Source: an uncultured candidatus Porisulfidus sp.
GTDB taxonomy: Bacteria > Pseudomonadota > Gammaproteobacteria > Poriferisulfidales > Oxydemutatoraceae
Direction of reading: 5' to 3'
Assembly (NCBI GenBank): GCA_965215125.1
Contig: OZ244052.1
Location: forward strand, 1,120,001 to 1,184,000
DNA length: 64,000 bases
Positions 10,127 to 20,323 of this stretch are shown here, in pieces. The first letter of the stretch is position 1, and the number at the start of each line of letters is the position of its first letter. The notes under the pieces were generated by a model. That model did not search any database. It had not been told where the DNA came from and saw only the letters and a program-made list of their open reading frames with translations. A program made the position numbers and the translations under genes.

Positions 10127-10690
10127 TTAGGTGTTTGTCTTTGGGTCCTTGGGGCGCGCCGCCTGCTTGCTTACATCAAAAAATGTATAAGAAAGTGAAA
10201 TTGTCGCCAAGTGTTTAGGCAAATCGGGTGCGATTACAAAACGCACCTCCATATCACGCGTCTCTCCGGCACGCAGTGTCTGCTTATCAAAGCAAAAACA
10301 TTCTATTTTCTTAAAATACGATGCTGCCGCAACCGGTGAAATACTCGGCACAGCTTGACCGATCATGTCGGTTGCGCTTAAGTTTTTAACCTTGTAATAG
10401 GTGCTATAGGCTTTGCCCGGATGCGCCACGAGCTTGCTGACATTCGGTTCAAATTGCCAATTCATCGATTGATTTCTATTGGCAACAAACTCAATCGTGA
10501 CCTCACGCGAGGCATCGACTGCCATCGGTTTTATCTCTGCCAGCTCGGTGCGCCCAACCTTTCCGTTCAGCCCGGTCAACTCGCAAAAAACATCGTATAG
10601 CGGCACCATCAGATAACCGAAACCGAACATCGCAACGGCAACCATTGCGAGCTTCCAGCCGACAACACTATTTTTAGTTTTCTGCTTCAT
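10127..10690 (-). CDS. ctaG: Cytochrome c oxidase copper chaperone CtaG/Cox11
   Basis: VPLYDVFCELTGLNG, KIECFCF. Confidence 0.95.
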   Translation of the reverse strand: MKQKTKNSVVGWKLAMVAVAMFGFGYLMVPLYDVFCELTGLNGKVGRTELAEIKPMAVDASREVTIEFVANRNQSMNWQFEPNVSKLVAHPGKAYSTYYKVKNLSATDMIGQAVPSISPVAAASYFKKIECFCFDKQTLRAGETRDMEVRFVIAPDLPKHLATISLSYTFFDVSKQAARPKDPKTNT

Positions 10691-10884
10691 CTATCTAGAC
10701 GCCACGATGAATGAAAAGCCGATATAAATGGCTACTGCTATCAATGCAAAGGTAATTGCGGTTGGTTTGATATTCGCTCGCTTGCTTCATCTATCTAGAC
10801 GCCACTATGAAATAAAAACCGATATAAATGGCTACCGCTATCAATGCAAAGGTAATTGCGGTCAGTTTGACATTCGCTCTCTTG
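10683..10884. repeat. Diverged 100-bp tandem duplication
   Basis: TGCTTCATCTATCTAGACGCCAC...GGTAATTGCGGT occurs at 10683 and 10783. Confidence 0.92.
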
Positions 10885-10889
10885 GACAC
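10791..10889 (-). CDS. Putative 32-aa single-TM small protein of the cox operon (below the ORF track cutoff)
   Basis: GTG start gives MSKRANVKLTAITFALIAVAIYIGFYFIVASR; lies between coxA and ctaG. Confidence 0.6.
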   Translation of the reverse strand: MSKRANVKLTAITFALIAVAIYIGFYFIVASR

Positions 10890-10897
10890 CGGCAGGA

Positions 10898-12472
10898 CTA
10901 TTTGACAACGGGCGGAGTCGTAAACGAGTGGTACGGCGGCGGCGATGCCAGCGTCCATTCAAGCCCTTCGGCACCTTCCCAAACCTCGTTGGTTGCTTTC
11001 TTACCGGCACGTATCGTTGCAAGCACGATATATAAGAACAATATCTGCGCCAAACCAAAGCCGAATGCACCGATGCTTGCGAGCATATTGTAATCGGCAA
11101 ATTGCAAGTTATAGTCGGGTATACGACGGGGCATGCCGGCAAGACCGACGAAGTGCATCGGGAAAAATGTCAAGTTGACAAAAATCGTCGACAACCAAAA
11201 ATGCCACTTGCCGAGTGTCTCGTTATACATGTGTCCGGTCCATTTCGGCAACCAGTAATAAACCGCTGCCATAATCGCAAAGATCGACCCGGGAACCAGC
11301 ACATAATGGAAATGTGCAACGACGAAATAAGTGTCGTGATACTGATAATCGGCAGGCGTTATTGCCAGCATCAATCCCGAGAAGCCTCCAATCGTGAACA
11401 TCACGATAAAGCCTATCGCAAACAGCATCGGCGTCTCGAATGTCATCGCGCCCCGCCACATGGTTGCCACCCAGTTGAAAATTTTCACCCCGGTCGGTAT
11501 TGCGATAAGCATCGTAGACAGCATAAAGAATAGTTGTCCGGCAAGCGGCATCCCGACGGTGAACATGTGGTGCGCCCAAACGATAAACGACAGAAATGCG
11601 ATCGATGCCGTCGCATAAACCATTGAATTATAACCGAACAGAGGCTTTCTGGAAAAAGTCGGCAGGATACTCGAGATAACGCCGAACGACGGTAAAATCA
11701 AAATGTAAACCTCGGGGTGTCCGAAAAACCAGAATATATGCTGAAACATCACCGGGTCGCCGCCGCCGGCAGCATTAAAGAAGCTGGTGCCGAAGAATTT
11801 ATCGGTCAGCAACATGGTAACCCCACCAGCCAACACCGGCATCACGGCGATCAATAAGTACGCGGTAATCATCCATGTCCACACAAACAACGGCATTTTC
11901 ATCAGCGTCATGCCCGGCGCGCGCATATTCAGAATCGTCGCAATTACATTGATTGCACCCATGATCGAAGACATTCCCATAAGGTGTATCGCAAAGATGA
12001 CTAACGGCAATGCCGCCCCGGTCTGCAAGGTGAGCGGTGGATAGAGCGTCCAGCCGCCGGCCGGTGCGCCCCCCGGCACGAATAGGGTTGCGAGCAACAT
12101 TGAAAACGCAAACGGCAAAATCCAAAAACTCCAGTTATTCAGCCTCGGCAGTGCCATATCGGTGCCGCCGACCATCATCGGAATCAGCCAGTTCGCCAAG
12201 CCGGTGAACGCCGGCATCACAACACCGAAAATCATGACCAGTGCGTGCATCGTAGTCATAGAATTAAAAAATTGTGGGTCTACGACTTGCAAGCCCGGTT
12301 CGAATAATTCGGCGCGTATAATCATTGCCATTGCGCCGCCGATGAAAAACATAATCATCGCAAACCACAAATACAAAGTACCTATGTCTTTGTGGTTTGT
12401 CGTAAAAAGCCAGCGTTTGATGCCCGAGTCGGGTTCGGCGTGGTGGTGGGCGTCGGCTGTTAATGTACTCAT
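10898..12472 (-). CDS. coxA: Cytochrome c oxidase subunit I (A1 type)
   Basis: TTNHKDIG, WFFGHPEVY, VWAHHMF, AHFHY. Confidence 0.97.
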   Translation of the reverse strand: MSTLTADAHHHAEPDSGIKRWLFTTNHKDIGTLYLWFAMIMFFIGGAMAMIIRAELFEPGLQVVDPQFFNSMTTMHALVMIFGVVMPAFTGLANWLIPMMVGGTDMALPRLNNWSFWILPFAFSMLLATLFVPGGAPAGGWTLYPPLTLQTGAALPLVIFAIHLMGMSSIMGAINVIATILNMRAPGMTLMKMPLFVWTWMITAYLLIAVMPVLAGGVTMLLTDKFFGTSFFNAAGGGDPVMFQHIFWFFGHPEVYILILPSFGVISSILPTFSRKPLFGYNSMVYATASIAFLSFIVWAHHMFTVGMPLAGQLFFMLSTMLIAIPTGVKIFNWVATMWRGAMTFETPMLFAIGFIVMFTIGGFSGLMLAITPADYQYHDTYFVVAHFHYVLVPGSIFAIMAAVYYWLPKWTGHMYNETLGKWHFWLSTIFVNLTFFPMHFVGLAGMPRRIPDYNLQFADYNMLASIGAFGFGLAQILFLYIVLATIRAGKKATNEVWEGAEGLEWTLASPPPYHSFTTPPVVK

Positions 12473-12503
12473 ATCTATAAACTCCTGTTTTACTATAGTT
12501 GGC

Positions 12504-13304
12504 TTATCGCTGTGCGGTCTGTTGCGGCACAGCAGTCTGTTCCTGTATCCATTGTCGGTATTGATCTTCGTCTACCGCTCGCACGACAATCGGCATAAAC
12601 GCGTGATCGCGCCCGCATAACTCTGCGCATTGACCGCGATACACGCCGGGCTTTTCTATTTTAGCCCAAGATTCATTGATGAAACCGGGGATGGCATCTT
12701 TCTTAACGGCAAGGTCGGGCACCCACCAAGCGTGCAGAACATCGTTTGAGGTAATCAAGAAACGTACTTTTTTACCTACCGGTAATACGAGCTCGTTGTT
12801 CACTTCGAGCAGATAATTTTCTCCCTTATCCTGCATGTTATAAACCTGCTCGCGCGGGGTTGCAAGTTTGCTATAGAAAGCCAAGTTCTCGTCCAAATAA
12901 TCGTAGTGCCACATCCACTGATAACCGGTAATTTTAACCGTCAAATCGGCTGCCGAAGTATCCTCCATTTCTATCAGGACTTTTGTTGCCGGAATTGCCA
13001 TCCCGATGAGTATCGCCAACGGCACCAAAGTCCATATAATCTCTGCGGTGGTGCTCTCGTGGAATTGTGCTGCCTTATGTCCTGCCGACTTGCGGTGTTT
13101 GATCATCGAAATAATCATCACACCGAATACGACAACCCCGATGGCAACACAGATCCAAAAAATCAGCATGTGCAAATCAAAGACTTTGGAACTGATGTCG
13201 GTTACGCCGACGGGCATGTTATACGGCTGTAATTGAGCCACGGCACTCGCCGGCAACATTGCCCAGCAAGCGATTAGGGATATTGTGATTACTTTCTGTA
13301 TCAT
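12504..13304 (-). CDS. coxB: Cytochrome c oxidase subunit II
   Basis: DVLHAWW and CuA motif CAELCGRDHAFM. Confidence 0.96.
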   Translation of the reverse strand: MIQKVITISLIACWAMLPASAVAQLQPYNMPVGVTDISSKVFDLHMLIFWICVAIGVVVFGVMIISMIKHRKSAGHKAAQFHESTTAEIIWTLVPLAILIGMAIPATKVLIEMEDTSAADLTVKITGYQWMWHYDYLDENLAFYSKLATPREQVYNMQDKGENYLLEVNNELVLPVGKKVRFLITSNDVLHAWWVPDLAVKKDAIPGFINESWAKIEKPGVYRGQCAELCGRDHAFMPIVVRAVDEDQYRQWIQEQTAVPQQTAQR

Positions 13305-13316
13305 TTAGAGTCCTCT

Positions 13317-13769
13317 CTATGGTCTGTTCTGAATTGATTGATTGATTGCGCTTGCCAGTTTAACTTTTTCACGGTCATCCAAGAATGACCCTATTTCAAC
13401 TTTTTCTCTATTTCCTTCCAACCATAATTGTCGTCTTTGTGTTATCGTCTTCGGCGAAAGAACGGTTGCGCGCGTCCATGCTTTAGGAAAGCTACGACTT
13501 GATTGCTTTCGGTTTTGTTGGCGAACATCGAGTGAAACCTCTTTATCGGATACGGTGATCGTCTCAACGCGAGAGAGTTTGTTTATGCACCAATATAATC
13601 CGAGTCCCAAAGCCAACATTTCAATGCCGGCAAAAGGAATAATCAACCACAATCCTTGCCAAGCAAAAGCGAACGCAATCGCAAAAGAAATGCAAAGCAA
13701 TGTCAAGAAAAATATTTGATTGCCGCGCTTTGATAAAGATTGGTTTTGATAAATAGTAAATCTAGCCAC
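13317..13769 (-). CDS. DUF2244-like membrane protein
   Basis: NQSLS, PFAGIE, VEIGSFL; two TM segments; upstream of coxB. Confidence 0.8.
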   Translation of the reverse strand: MARFTIYQNQSLSKRGNQIFFLTLLCISFAIAFAFAWQGLWLIIPFAGIEMLALGLGLYWCINKLSRVETITVSDKEVSLDVRQQNRKQSSRSFPKAWTRATVLSPKTITQRRQLWLEGNREKVEIGSFLDDREKVKLASAINQSIQNRP

Positions 13770-14086
13770 CTAACTCTCTATATATTAAATGGCGATTATA
13801 ACATGCGCGACATGTTTTTCGGTTTGACTTTGATACAAGACAACAGACACCATAAAGTTTTATACTCTTTGAGATATGACGTGTCCGGATACACAATCTC
13901 GCTTTGTGAGATAGATGGCTCGTCACCAAAGTGCTCCGACACCGGTTTGTGCTTTAAGCCGATGATATAAACAAGCACTTACAGGACTCTCTAAAAGACC
14001 TTTCTCTTTTTATATATTTTAGCAAATTATTTCGTCTATCTAACGCTATTTACTTCTAAAATCTTTTATGTTCGTTGAAATTCATA

Positions 14087-15208
14087 TTATTTTATTCTCG
14101 TATAAATTCCATTTTCTTCCACCACACAGCTTTCTACTTCTAATGTAAGTAGTGCAACGGAAACAGTTTGCGCCGGCAGACGACATCGCATAGCAAGTGT
14201 ATCTACATCAACCGGATCATAGCCCATGGCTTGTAGTACCTCTTCGTGAGTATTACTTAATTTTGCCCGATGATGTTCCGGTTCGTCGCGATCATCGTTT
14301 GGGGTTTTACTCTCTTCTTTTTTTCGCAAATGTTGCTCAAGTTGTGGTTTTAGTTCTAGCAATATCTCTTCGGTCTTTTGTACTAGTTTGGCACCTTGTT
14401 GAATCAGGTGATGACAACCTTGCGCCTTAGGGTTATGAATAGAACCCGGCACCGCAAAAACATCCTTGCCTTGCTCTGCTGCCAGCCTTGCAGTAATTAA
14501 TGCGCCACTTTGCACGCTTGCTTCTATAACAACAACGCCTAAGGATAACGCACTAATCAGACGATTGCGACGAGGAAAATTGGCACGAACGGGCGTGGTC
14601 CCGACAGGAAATTCCGACACCAATACGCCCTGCTGGGCAATATGCTCGGCTAATCGCTTATTCTTTGCCGGATAAATTTTGTCGGGACCTGTAGCAATAA
14701 CTGCCACGGTCGTACTTCCGCTTGCTAGTGCTGTCTCGTGCGCAATAGTGTCAATGCCTAATGCCATCCCACTGTTAATCAAAAGGCCTGCTTTTGCGAT
14801 ATCTCGTGAAAACTCCTTGGCGTTTGTCTGTCCCCCCGGTGTTGGTTGACGAGAACCGACAACGGCAATTTGAGGTTCTTTTAACAAATTTTCATTCCCT
14901 TTAATAAAAAGCAGCGGAGGGGCATCCTTTAATTCTTTGATTCCTTCGGGGTATTGCCGACAATGGAGCGTTCGGATTGTGTGATTTGGTGTTTCCATCC
15001 ATTTAAGATTTGAGTCTATTTTGTCGGGTAGTGGGTTCCTTAAGAAACGGATTGTTTTTTCGTCAAGTTCCGCTTTGTGTAACTCGTGCTGCTTCGCTTT
15101 AATGATATCTTCGGGTGGGCCGATTTGATTAAGAAGTTTATGGAGTTTTATGAGGCCTATTCCCGGTGCTTGGCTGACGGTGAGCCACGCTTCTATCTTT
15201 ATATTCAT
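14087..15208 (-). CDS. dprA: DNA-processing protein DprA
   Basis: AVVGSR, SGMALGID, FPRRNRLIS, EASVQSGALITA. Confidence 0.95.
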   Translation of the reverse strand: MNIKIEAWLTVSQAPGIGLIKLHKLLNQIGPPEDIIKAKQHELHKAELDEKTIRFLRNPLPDKIDSNLKWMETPNHTIRTLHCRQYPEGIKELKDAPPLLFIKGNENLLKEPQIAVVGSRQPTPGGQTNAKEFSRDIAKAGLLINSGMALGIDTIAHETALASGSTTVAVIATGPDKIYPAKNKRLAEHIAQQGVLVSEFPVGTTPVRANFPRRNRLISALSLGVVVIEASVQSGALITARLAAEQGKDVFAVPGSIHNPKAQGCHHLIQQGAKLVQKTEEILLELKPQLEQHLRKKEESKTPNDDRDEPEHHRAKLSNTHEEVLQAMGYDPVDVDTLAMRCRLPAQTVSVALLTLEVESCVVEENGIYTRIK

Positions 15209-15241
15209 CCGCTTGCCGGAATTTTATCCCAAAAGCGATAT

Positions 15242-15257
15242 TGTTTCACATGAAACA
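15242..15257. other. parS site
   Basis: TGTTTCACATGAAACA, one mismatch to consensus TGTTTCACGTGAAACA. Confidence 0.85.
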
Positions 15258-15293
15258 CTGACGTGTTATAGGGTTTTGACTATCGGGGAGATT

Positions 15294-15309
15294 TGTTTCC
15301 CGTGAAACA
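15294..15309. other. parS site
   Basis: TGTTTCCCGTGAAACA, one mismatch to consensus. Confidence 0.85.
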
Positions 15310-15345
15310 ATGGGGCATTTAGGTTGCTTTGTCTTTCTATCTAGC

Positions 15346-16455
15346 TTAGAGACGCAATGGCATGACGATATACTCGTCCGCACCCGACCCTTCACCGATA
15401 ATTCTTGTTCCACTGCTGGCATCTCTCATTTGTAAGCGAATCTTCTCCGTATCTAATGTTTTCATAACATCCTGCAAATATCGGGAGTTGAAGCTAATCT
15501 CAAAATCATCTCCTGTATACTCAACATTTTGCTTTATGTTTGCCTCTTCGCCGTCCGAATTACTGCTTTTAACCAGCAGTTCTTTCTTTGAAAAAGCAAG
15601 GCTTACATGCGCACCTTCATCCAATAATGACGACGCAGATATTGCCGAGGCACGTTGTAGCGTACTTAGAAACTCTTGGCGATCTAAAACGATTTCTACC
15701 AAAAATTCTTTTGGTATTACTTTTTTATATTCGGGAAATTGCCCGTTTAACCCTTTTGCAGAAATTTGAATACTTTGAAGAGATACAACAATTTTTTGCG
15801 CACTAATGCTAACTTCAGCAATATCTTTGGTGTCCGATAAAAGTCTCTTAATCTCGGAAACAATCTCCCGTGGCAGAATTCCTTCCGTTTTGTCTTTGCT
15901 AGATATCTCTAAAGAACTTAAAGCAAGCCTGTGACTATCGGTTGCAACGGCACAAAGCTTACTATCATCCAAAGAAAAAAATAGTCCATTTAAGTAATGC
16001 CTTGGATCTTGAGAAGCCATACAAAAGTCGGTTTTTTCCAATAGATATTTTAAGTCTCGTTCTGCTATTTCAATAACACCCTTTTCATCCGGCGAATCCA
16101 TGAGTGGAAATTCTTCGGCAGGCAGACTTTTTAATTGATACTTTCCTCCTTCACAAGCAACTGTAACAGAATTATCTTTGAAAAGCATGGAAATGTTACT
16201 ATCCTCTGGGAAATTCCTAGATATTTCAAATATTTTTGAAACAGCAATAAGTTTTTTTTCGGGTTTCTCTATTGAGAGTTCCTCGGTAAAGCATCGTATT
16301 TGTGCTTCAGGCCCTTGTGTGAAAAAAAAGCATCCGTTATCGGAGGGAGAGATTAGAACCATACTTTGTGTTGGAAAGGTTGGACGCGAAGGAATGACCC
16401 CTTTAACGGAGGAAAGTATAGATAAAAGTTTTTTATTTTGTACAGTTATTTTCAT
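15346..16455 (-). CDS. dnaN: DNA polymerase III beta clamp
   Basis: MASQDPRHYLNG, VATDSHRLA, FPEYKKVIP, C-terminal YIVMPLRL. Confidence 0.95.
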   Translation of the reverse strand: MKITVQNKKLLSILSSVKGVIPSRPTFPTQSMVLISPSDNGCFFFTQGPEAQIRCFTEELSIEKPEKKLIAVSKIFEISRNFPEDSNISMLFKDNSVTVACEGGKYQLKSLPAEEFPLMDSPDEKGVIEIAERDLKYLLEKTDFCMASQDPRHYLNGLFFSLDDSKLCAVATDSHRLALSSLEISSKDKTEGILPREIVSEIKRLLSDTKDIAEVSISAQKIVVSLQSIQISAKGLNGQFPEYKKVIPKEFLVEIVLDRQEFLSTLQRASAISASSLLDEGAHVSLAFSKKELLVKSSNSDGEEANIKQNVEYTGDDFEISFNSRYLQDVMKTLDTEKIRLQMRDASSGTRIIGEGSGADEYIVMPLRL

Positions 16456-16645
16456 ACTATTATAATATTTAATTAATCTATTTGTAGTTGTAGGTTATCC
16501 TTGTTTCTGTGGATATCTCTAAATTTTGTTGTGCCTATTATCTTTTATTTAAAGTTATCCTGTTAATTATCGCTTATTTCGTTTGTTATTCAATGGTTTG
16601 TATATAGATATCCCCAATGTACTCACTGTTTATTGTTTGTTTTAT
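16456..16645. other. Candidate oriC region
   Basis: AT-rich dnaA-dnaN spacer with DnaA-box-like TGTGGATAT (16508-16516), TTATCCTTG, TTATCCTGT and ATATCCCCA, plus trio-like TACAACTACAAATAG on the minus strand. Confidence 0.65.
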
Positions 16646-17926
16646 TCAGTAGTTCAAAATTCTTAATAAAGTTTTATAGGCTTGTTTTACATTTGGATCG
16701 CTTTCTTTTAGTTTTTTTATTGTCTTGCAAGCATGAAGCACTGTCGTGTGATCTCGCCTTCCGAAGGCTTTTCCAATTTCAGGCAGGCTCCGGTTTGTTA
16801 GTTCCTTAGAAAGCAGCATAGCCATTTGTCTAGGTCTAACAACGGAACGATTACGGCGGTTTGATAACAAATCGTTCTGTTGTATGTTGTAGTATTCCGA
16901 TGTTACCTTTTGAATGTTTTCTATCGTGAGTTGCCGGTTGTTGGCGGCAATCAAATCCTTTAGTATTTCCTTTACATAGGGCACTGTTGCCGGTTTTTTA
17001 GTAATTCCAATGGTTACTTGTATTCGTTTCAAGGCACCTTCTAGTTCTCGGATGTTGGATCGTATCTGTTGTGCGATGAAGAACGAAACCTCTTCGGAAA
17101 GCCCGAGCTTGTAAAGTTTGGATTTACTTAAAATGATGGCCGCGCGAGTTTCGAGTTCCGGTGGGTCTATTATTTGGGTTAAGCCGGAACTGAAACGTGA
17201 CTTAAGGCGATCTTCTAGCCGGTCTATTTCTTTGGGATAACGATCACAGGTCATTACAATTTGACTTTTGCTACTGAACAGTTGGTTGAAAGTGTGAAAA
17301 AACTCTTCTTGGCTTTGCTCTTTACCGGCAAAGAATTGAACATCGTCCATCAGTAGCACATCAAGACCTCTGTAATAACGACTAAACTTATTCATGTTTC
17401 CGGAGCGTAATGCTTCAACCATGTCCGAGACAAACTGTTCTGAGTGTAAATAGCGGACACGTTTTTCCGGAAAATTTCGGCTAATGGTATTCCCGATGGC
17501 GTGAAGTAAATGTGTTTTACCTAATCCGACGCTACTGTATATGAGAAACGGGTTGTACGAAACACCCGGCTGCGCTGCGACTTGCTCCGCCGCTGCGCGT
17601 GCCAACCGGTTTGATTTTCCTTCTATAAAATTATCGAAAATCTGATCCTTATTAATGAAGCTAACTAATTGATTTTTCAATCTTTCTCTGCGTTCCAAAC
17701 TAATCTCAGGTGGTGGATTGTTGTGGTTTTGTGCAAGAGTAAAAAGGACTTGACGTATATGTTCTAAATAAATTGTGCTGACTTTTTCGTGTAGCAATTT
17801 ATTTGGTGCGGAAAGTTTTATTTGATTTTTTGTTATCTCCACAGCCAACGGCCGTATCCATCTGTTGATATCCTCTTCCGGAAGAAGGTGTTCTAGTTCT
17901 TTGATGCAAGCGTGCCAGAGTTTCAT
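16646..17926 (-). CDS. dnaA: Chromosomal replication initiator DnaA
   Basis: YNPFLIYSSVGLGKTHL, DDVQF, NIRELEGAL, RDHTTVLHA. Confidence 0.97.
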   Translation of the reverse strand: MKLWHACIKELEHLLPEEDINRWIRPLAVEITKNQIKLSAPNKLLHEKVSTIYLEHIRQVLFTLAQNHNNPPPEISLERRERLKNQLVSFINKDQIFDNFIEGKSNRLARAAAEQVAAQPGVSYNPFLIYSSVGLGKTHLLHAIGNTISRNFPEKRVRYLHSEQFVSDMVEALRSGNMNKFSRYYRGLDVLLMDDVQFFAGKEQSQEEFFHTFNQLFSSKSQIVMTCDRYPKEIDRLEDRLKSRFSSGLTQIIDPPELETRAAIILSKSKLYKLGLSEEVSFFIAQQIRSNIRELEGALKRIQVTIGITKKPATVPYVKEILKDLIAANNRQLTIENIQKVTSEYYNIQQNDLLSNRRNRSVVRPRQMAMLLSKELTNRSLPEIGKAFGRRDHTTVLHACKTIKKLKESDPNVKQAYKTLLRILNY

Positions 17927-18138
17927 AAAATAGTTTCCTTATACTTAGTGTTGATTCTAAAAATCCGAGACAAATTATATTAGCATAGCTTAGCCATAAA
18001 GTTATAATAATTGTAGTCACTTGATAAGTCTCTAAATTTATAGAGGAAATTTATCTATAATAGCTATAGACGTACCATACAACTTAACAAGTGAAAAAAT
18101 AAGCGCAATAACCGAAAAATTTATTTGGATGCTAAACG

Positions 18139-19200
18139 ATGGTAGAGCAAAAATTAAGAGACGATAAATATCTCGTCTTCTCGATGACACAATGTAAATC
18201 CGGGATAGGACCGATACTTAAAGCCCTAAATGTTGTTTTCATGGAAGCCTTTGACTTAGGTAGAATACCGGTAGTCGGTAGATTTGCCGTGCGCTCCGAG
18301 TACAATTTTTATTCCAGAAGGGATGACTTTAAGTTTGAAGATTATCTAAACTTGTCTGAAGGCACGATCCGGCCGATCGATAAAGTGGACAGTATTGTAA
18401 AAAACGGTCAGAAATGGCTTAGAGAGGAGGATTTTGATATAGATCATTATGCCTCGGACAAAATACTTGATGTCGGTGATGAAGTTATCTCAGATGAGAT
18501 GAATAAAAGTTATGATGTGATCGTTAGAAGAGACCCGACGCCCCAATACGCTAAAGACTATGCTAAAAAGAAACCGGCTTTTTTACTAGACTTTCCGTAC
18601 TCGGAAAAGATAAACGAGCTGACCGACATAGTGCTCAAAACGATAGGAACGTCTAGAGAAAGTGCGCTCGCCGGGCAGTACTATTTTTGGGATAAGGTTG
18701 GCACGATGAGATCTTGCTTTGACGAGAAAACCAAGGCACGTGGAAGCAGTATCAGCTTAAGGGATGCATATTATGCTTGTATGCATGTGGGAAACAAAAA
18801 AAATTATTCTCCGAAAGAAGCAAGAGTGCGCCAGTTTGCATTTTCCTCTAAACAGGTAAAAACACTACTTGGTTATGCGATTAGCAAGGGTTCAAAGCTC
18901 TATATCATGTCCACGATACGGAACCCCCACTACTTTGATTTCTTAAAAGAAGATTATTGTGTTTATCGCTATCACGACTTCCCTGAATTAACACGGTTGG
19001 TCTCCGGCGAACAAGGATCGGCTGTTGATAATGTAATGCTTTATTTGGTTGAAAAGAATATTATGCGGCATGCGACAGTGAAGATTATCCCGCCTCGCAA
19101 AGGTATGATGATGTACCACTTAAACGAAGTTTATGATCTCTCTTTACTAAAGAATCCTCCCAAGCCAAAAGAGGAAAAACAACCCTCCGAGAATGGATAA
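18139..19200 (+). CDS. Hypothetical protein, possibly O-fucosyltransferase-like
   Basis: 353-aa ORF overlapping the folB start; YYACMHV and KLYIMST loosely resemble GT-B fucosyltransferase motifs. Confidence 0.45.
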   Translation: MVEQKLRDDKYLVFSMTQCKSGIGPILKALNVVFMEAFDLGRIPVVGRFAVRSEYNFYSRRDDFKFEDYLNLSEGTIRPIDKVDSIVKNGQKWLREEDFDIDHYASDKILDVGDEVISDEMNKSYDVIVRRDPTPQYAKDYAKKKPAFLLDFPYSEKINELTDIVLKTIGTSRESALAGQYYFWDKVGTMRSCFDEKTKARGSSISLRDAYYACMHVGNKKNYSPKEARVRQFAFSSKQVKTLLGYAISKGSKLYIMSTIRNPHYFDFLKEDYCVYRYHDFPELTRLVSGEQGSAVDNVMLYLVEKNIMRHATVKIIPPRKGMMMYHLNEVYDLSLLKNPPKPKEEKQPSENG

Positions 19201-19546
19201 AATATTTTTAACCGGACTTGAGGTGCAAACAACGATCGGCGTGTTTGAATGGGAACGGCAGATTCGCCAGAGTCTCCGCATTGATTTAGAGGCAACAACC
19301 GATGCCGCTAAAGCAGCCACCCGTGATCGCATAGACGATGCCTTGGACTATAAAGGTATTGCGAAGTATATACAAAACTTTGTCTCTAAGTCCGAGTATC
19401 GACTGATAGAAACCTTAAGCCATAATCTTGCAGAGGCATTGATGCAGACGTTTGACATTAAATGGTTGCGCCTTTGTCTCAACAAAACCGGGGCAATCCG
19501 CGGTGCCCAGAGTGTCGGTATTTCAATAGAGCGCGGCACGCAATAA
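19193..19546 (+). CDS. folB: Dihydroneopterin aldolase
   Basis: MDKIF, IGVFEWERQIRQ, LDY, LIET, VGISIER. Confidence 0.95.
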   Translation: MDKIFLTGLEVQTTIGVFEWERQIRQSLRIDLEATTDAAKAATRDRIDDALDYKGIAKYIQNFVSKSEYRLIETLSHNLAEALMQTFDIKWLRLCLNKTGAIRGAQSVGISIERGTQ

Positions 19547-19553
19547 CGTCTCA

Positions 19554-20045
19554 ATGTCTAGAGTGTTCGTCGGTGTCGGCACGAATATCAACAAAGCACA
19601 CAATCTTCGTTCGTGCTTTAGTACACTGCAACAGATATTTAGGAAGGTCGTAAAGTCGTCGGTATACCAATCCGCCGCCGTCGGTTTTGAAGGAGAAGAT
19701 TTTTATAATATGGTCGTTTCTTTCGAAACTACGCTGACTCCGAGCAATATAAACCGTATTTTTTTTGAAATAGAGAAGAAGCACGGTAGAAGGCGTGGCA
19801 AAAATCAATATGCCTCAAGAGAATTGGATTTGGACCAATTGCTTTACGATGATTTAATTGTTGATACGGATGAGGTTTATTTACCACACAAGGATCTGAG
19901 TAAATATAGTTACACACTCAAACCGATGGCGGAAATTGCCGGTGATTTGGTGCATCCGTTGATAGGAAAGTGTTTCTCGGAATTGTGGCACAATCTCGAT
20001 CGTCCGGCACCGATAACACATGTCCCGTTTGTGTGGGAGGTATAG
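19554..20045 (+). CDS. folK: 6-hydroxymethyl-7,8-dihydropterin pyrophosphokinase
   Basis: GVGTN, SSVY, RELDLD, LPH. Confidence 0.92.
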   Translation: MSRVFVGVGTNINKAHNLRSCFSTLQQIFRKVVKSSVYQSAAVGFEGEDFYNMVVSFETTLTPSNINRIFFEIEKKHGRRRGKNQYASRELDLDQLLYDDLIVDTDEVYLPHKDLSKYSYTLKPMAEIAGDLVHPLIGKCFSELWHNLDRPAPITHVPFVWEV

Positions 20046-20294
20046 GGCTACCAATTGGCCTATCGGCTCGATCGGCAGTCTTTGTTTCTGTGAAAAGACT
20101 AAAAATTACACAAATTATTTCATTATAAAAGTATCGGATTTTTACACGTCAACCAAGTTACACTTTATGAGGACAAGCCATAGCTGTCCGACTTATTGGG
20201 CTATGTAAAGGTTCTGTTCACAGTTACGCCACTTGTTTTTGATATACGTATTGTTTTTAATGACCGTAGTATTTAGATTTCGTACGAGGTCACG

Positions 20295-20321
20295 CCACTT
20301 GCCCAACTGGAGCAAGTGGCG
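20295..20321. terminator. Hairpin just downstream of folM, possible terminator
   Basis: GCCACTTGC-N9-GCAAGTGGC in the gap between convergent folK and folM; no clear U-tract. Confidence 0.4.
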
Positions 20322-20323
20322 GA

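Noticed and set aside
13796-13978. 60-aa ORF between the DUF2244-like gene and dprA
   Set aside because: No recognisable motif; likely promoter or intergenic sequence
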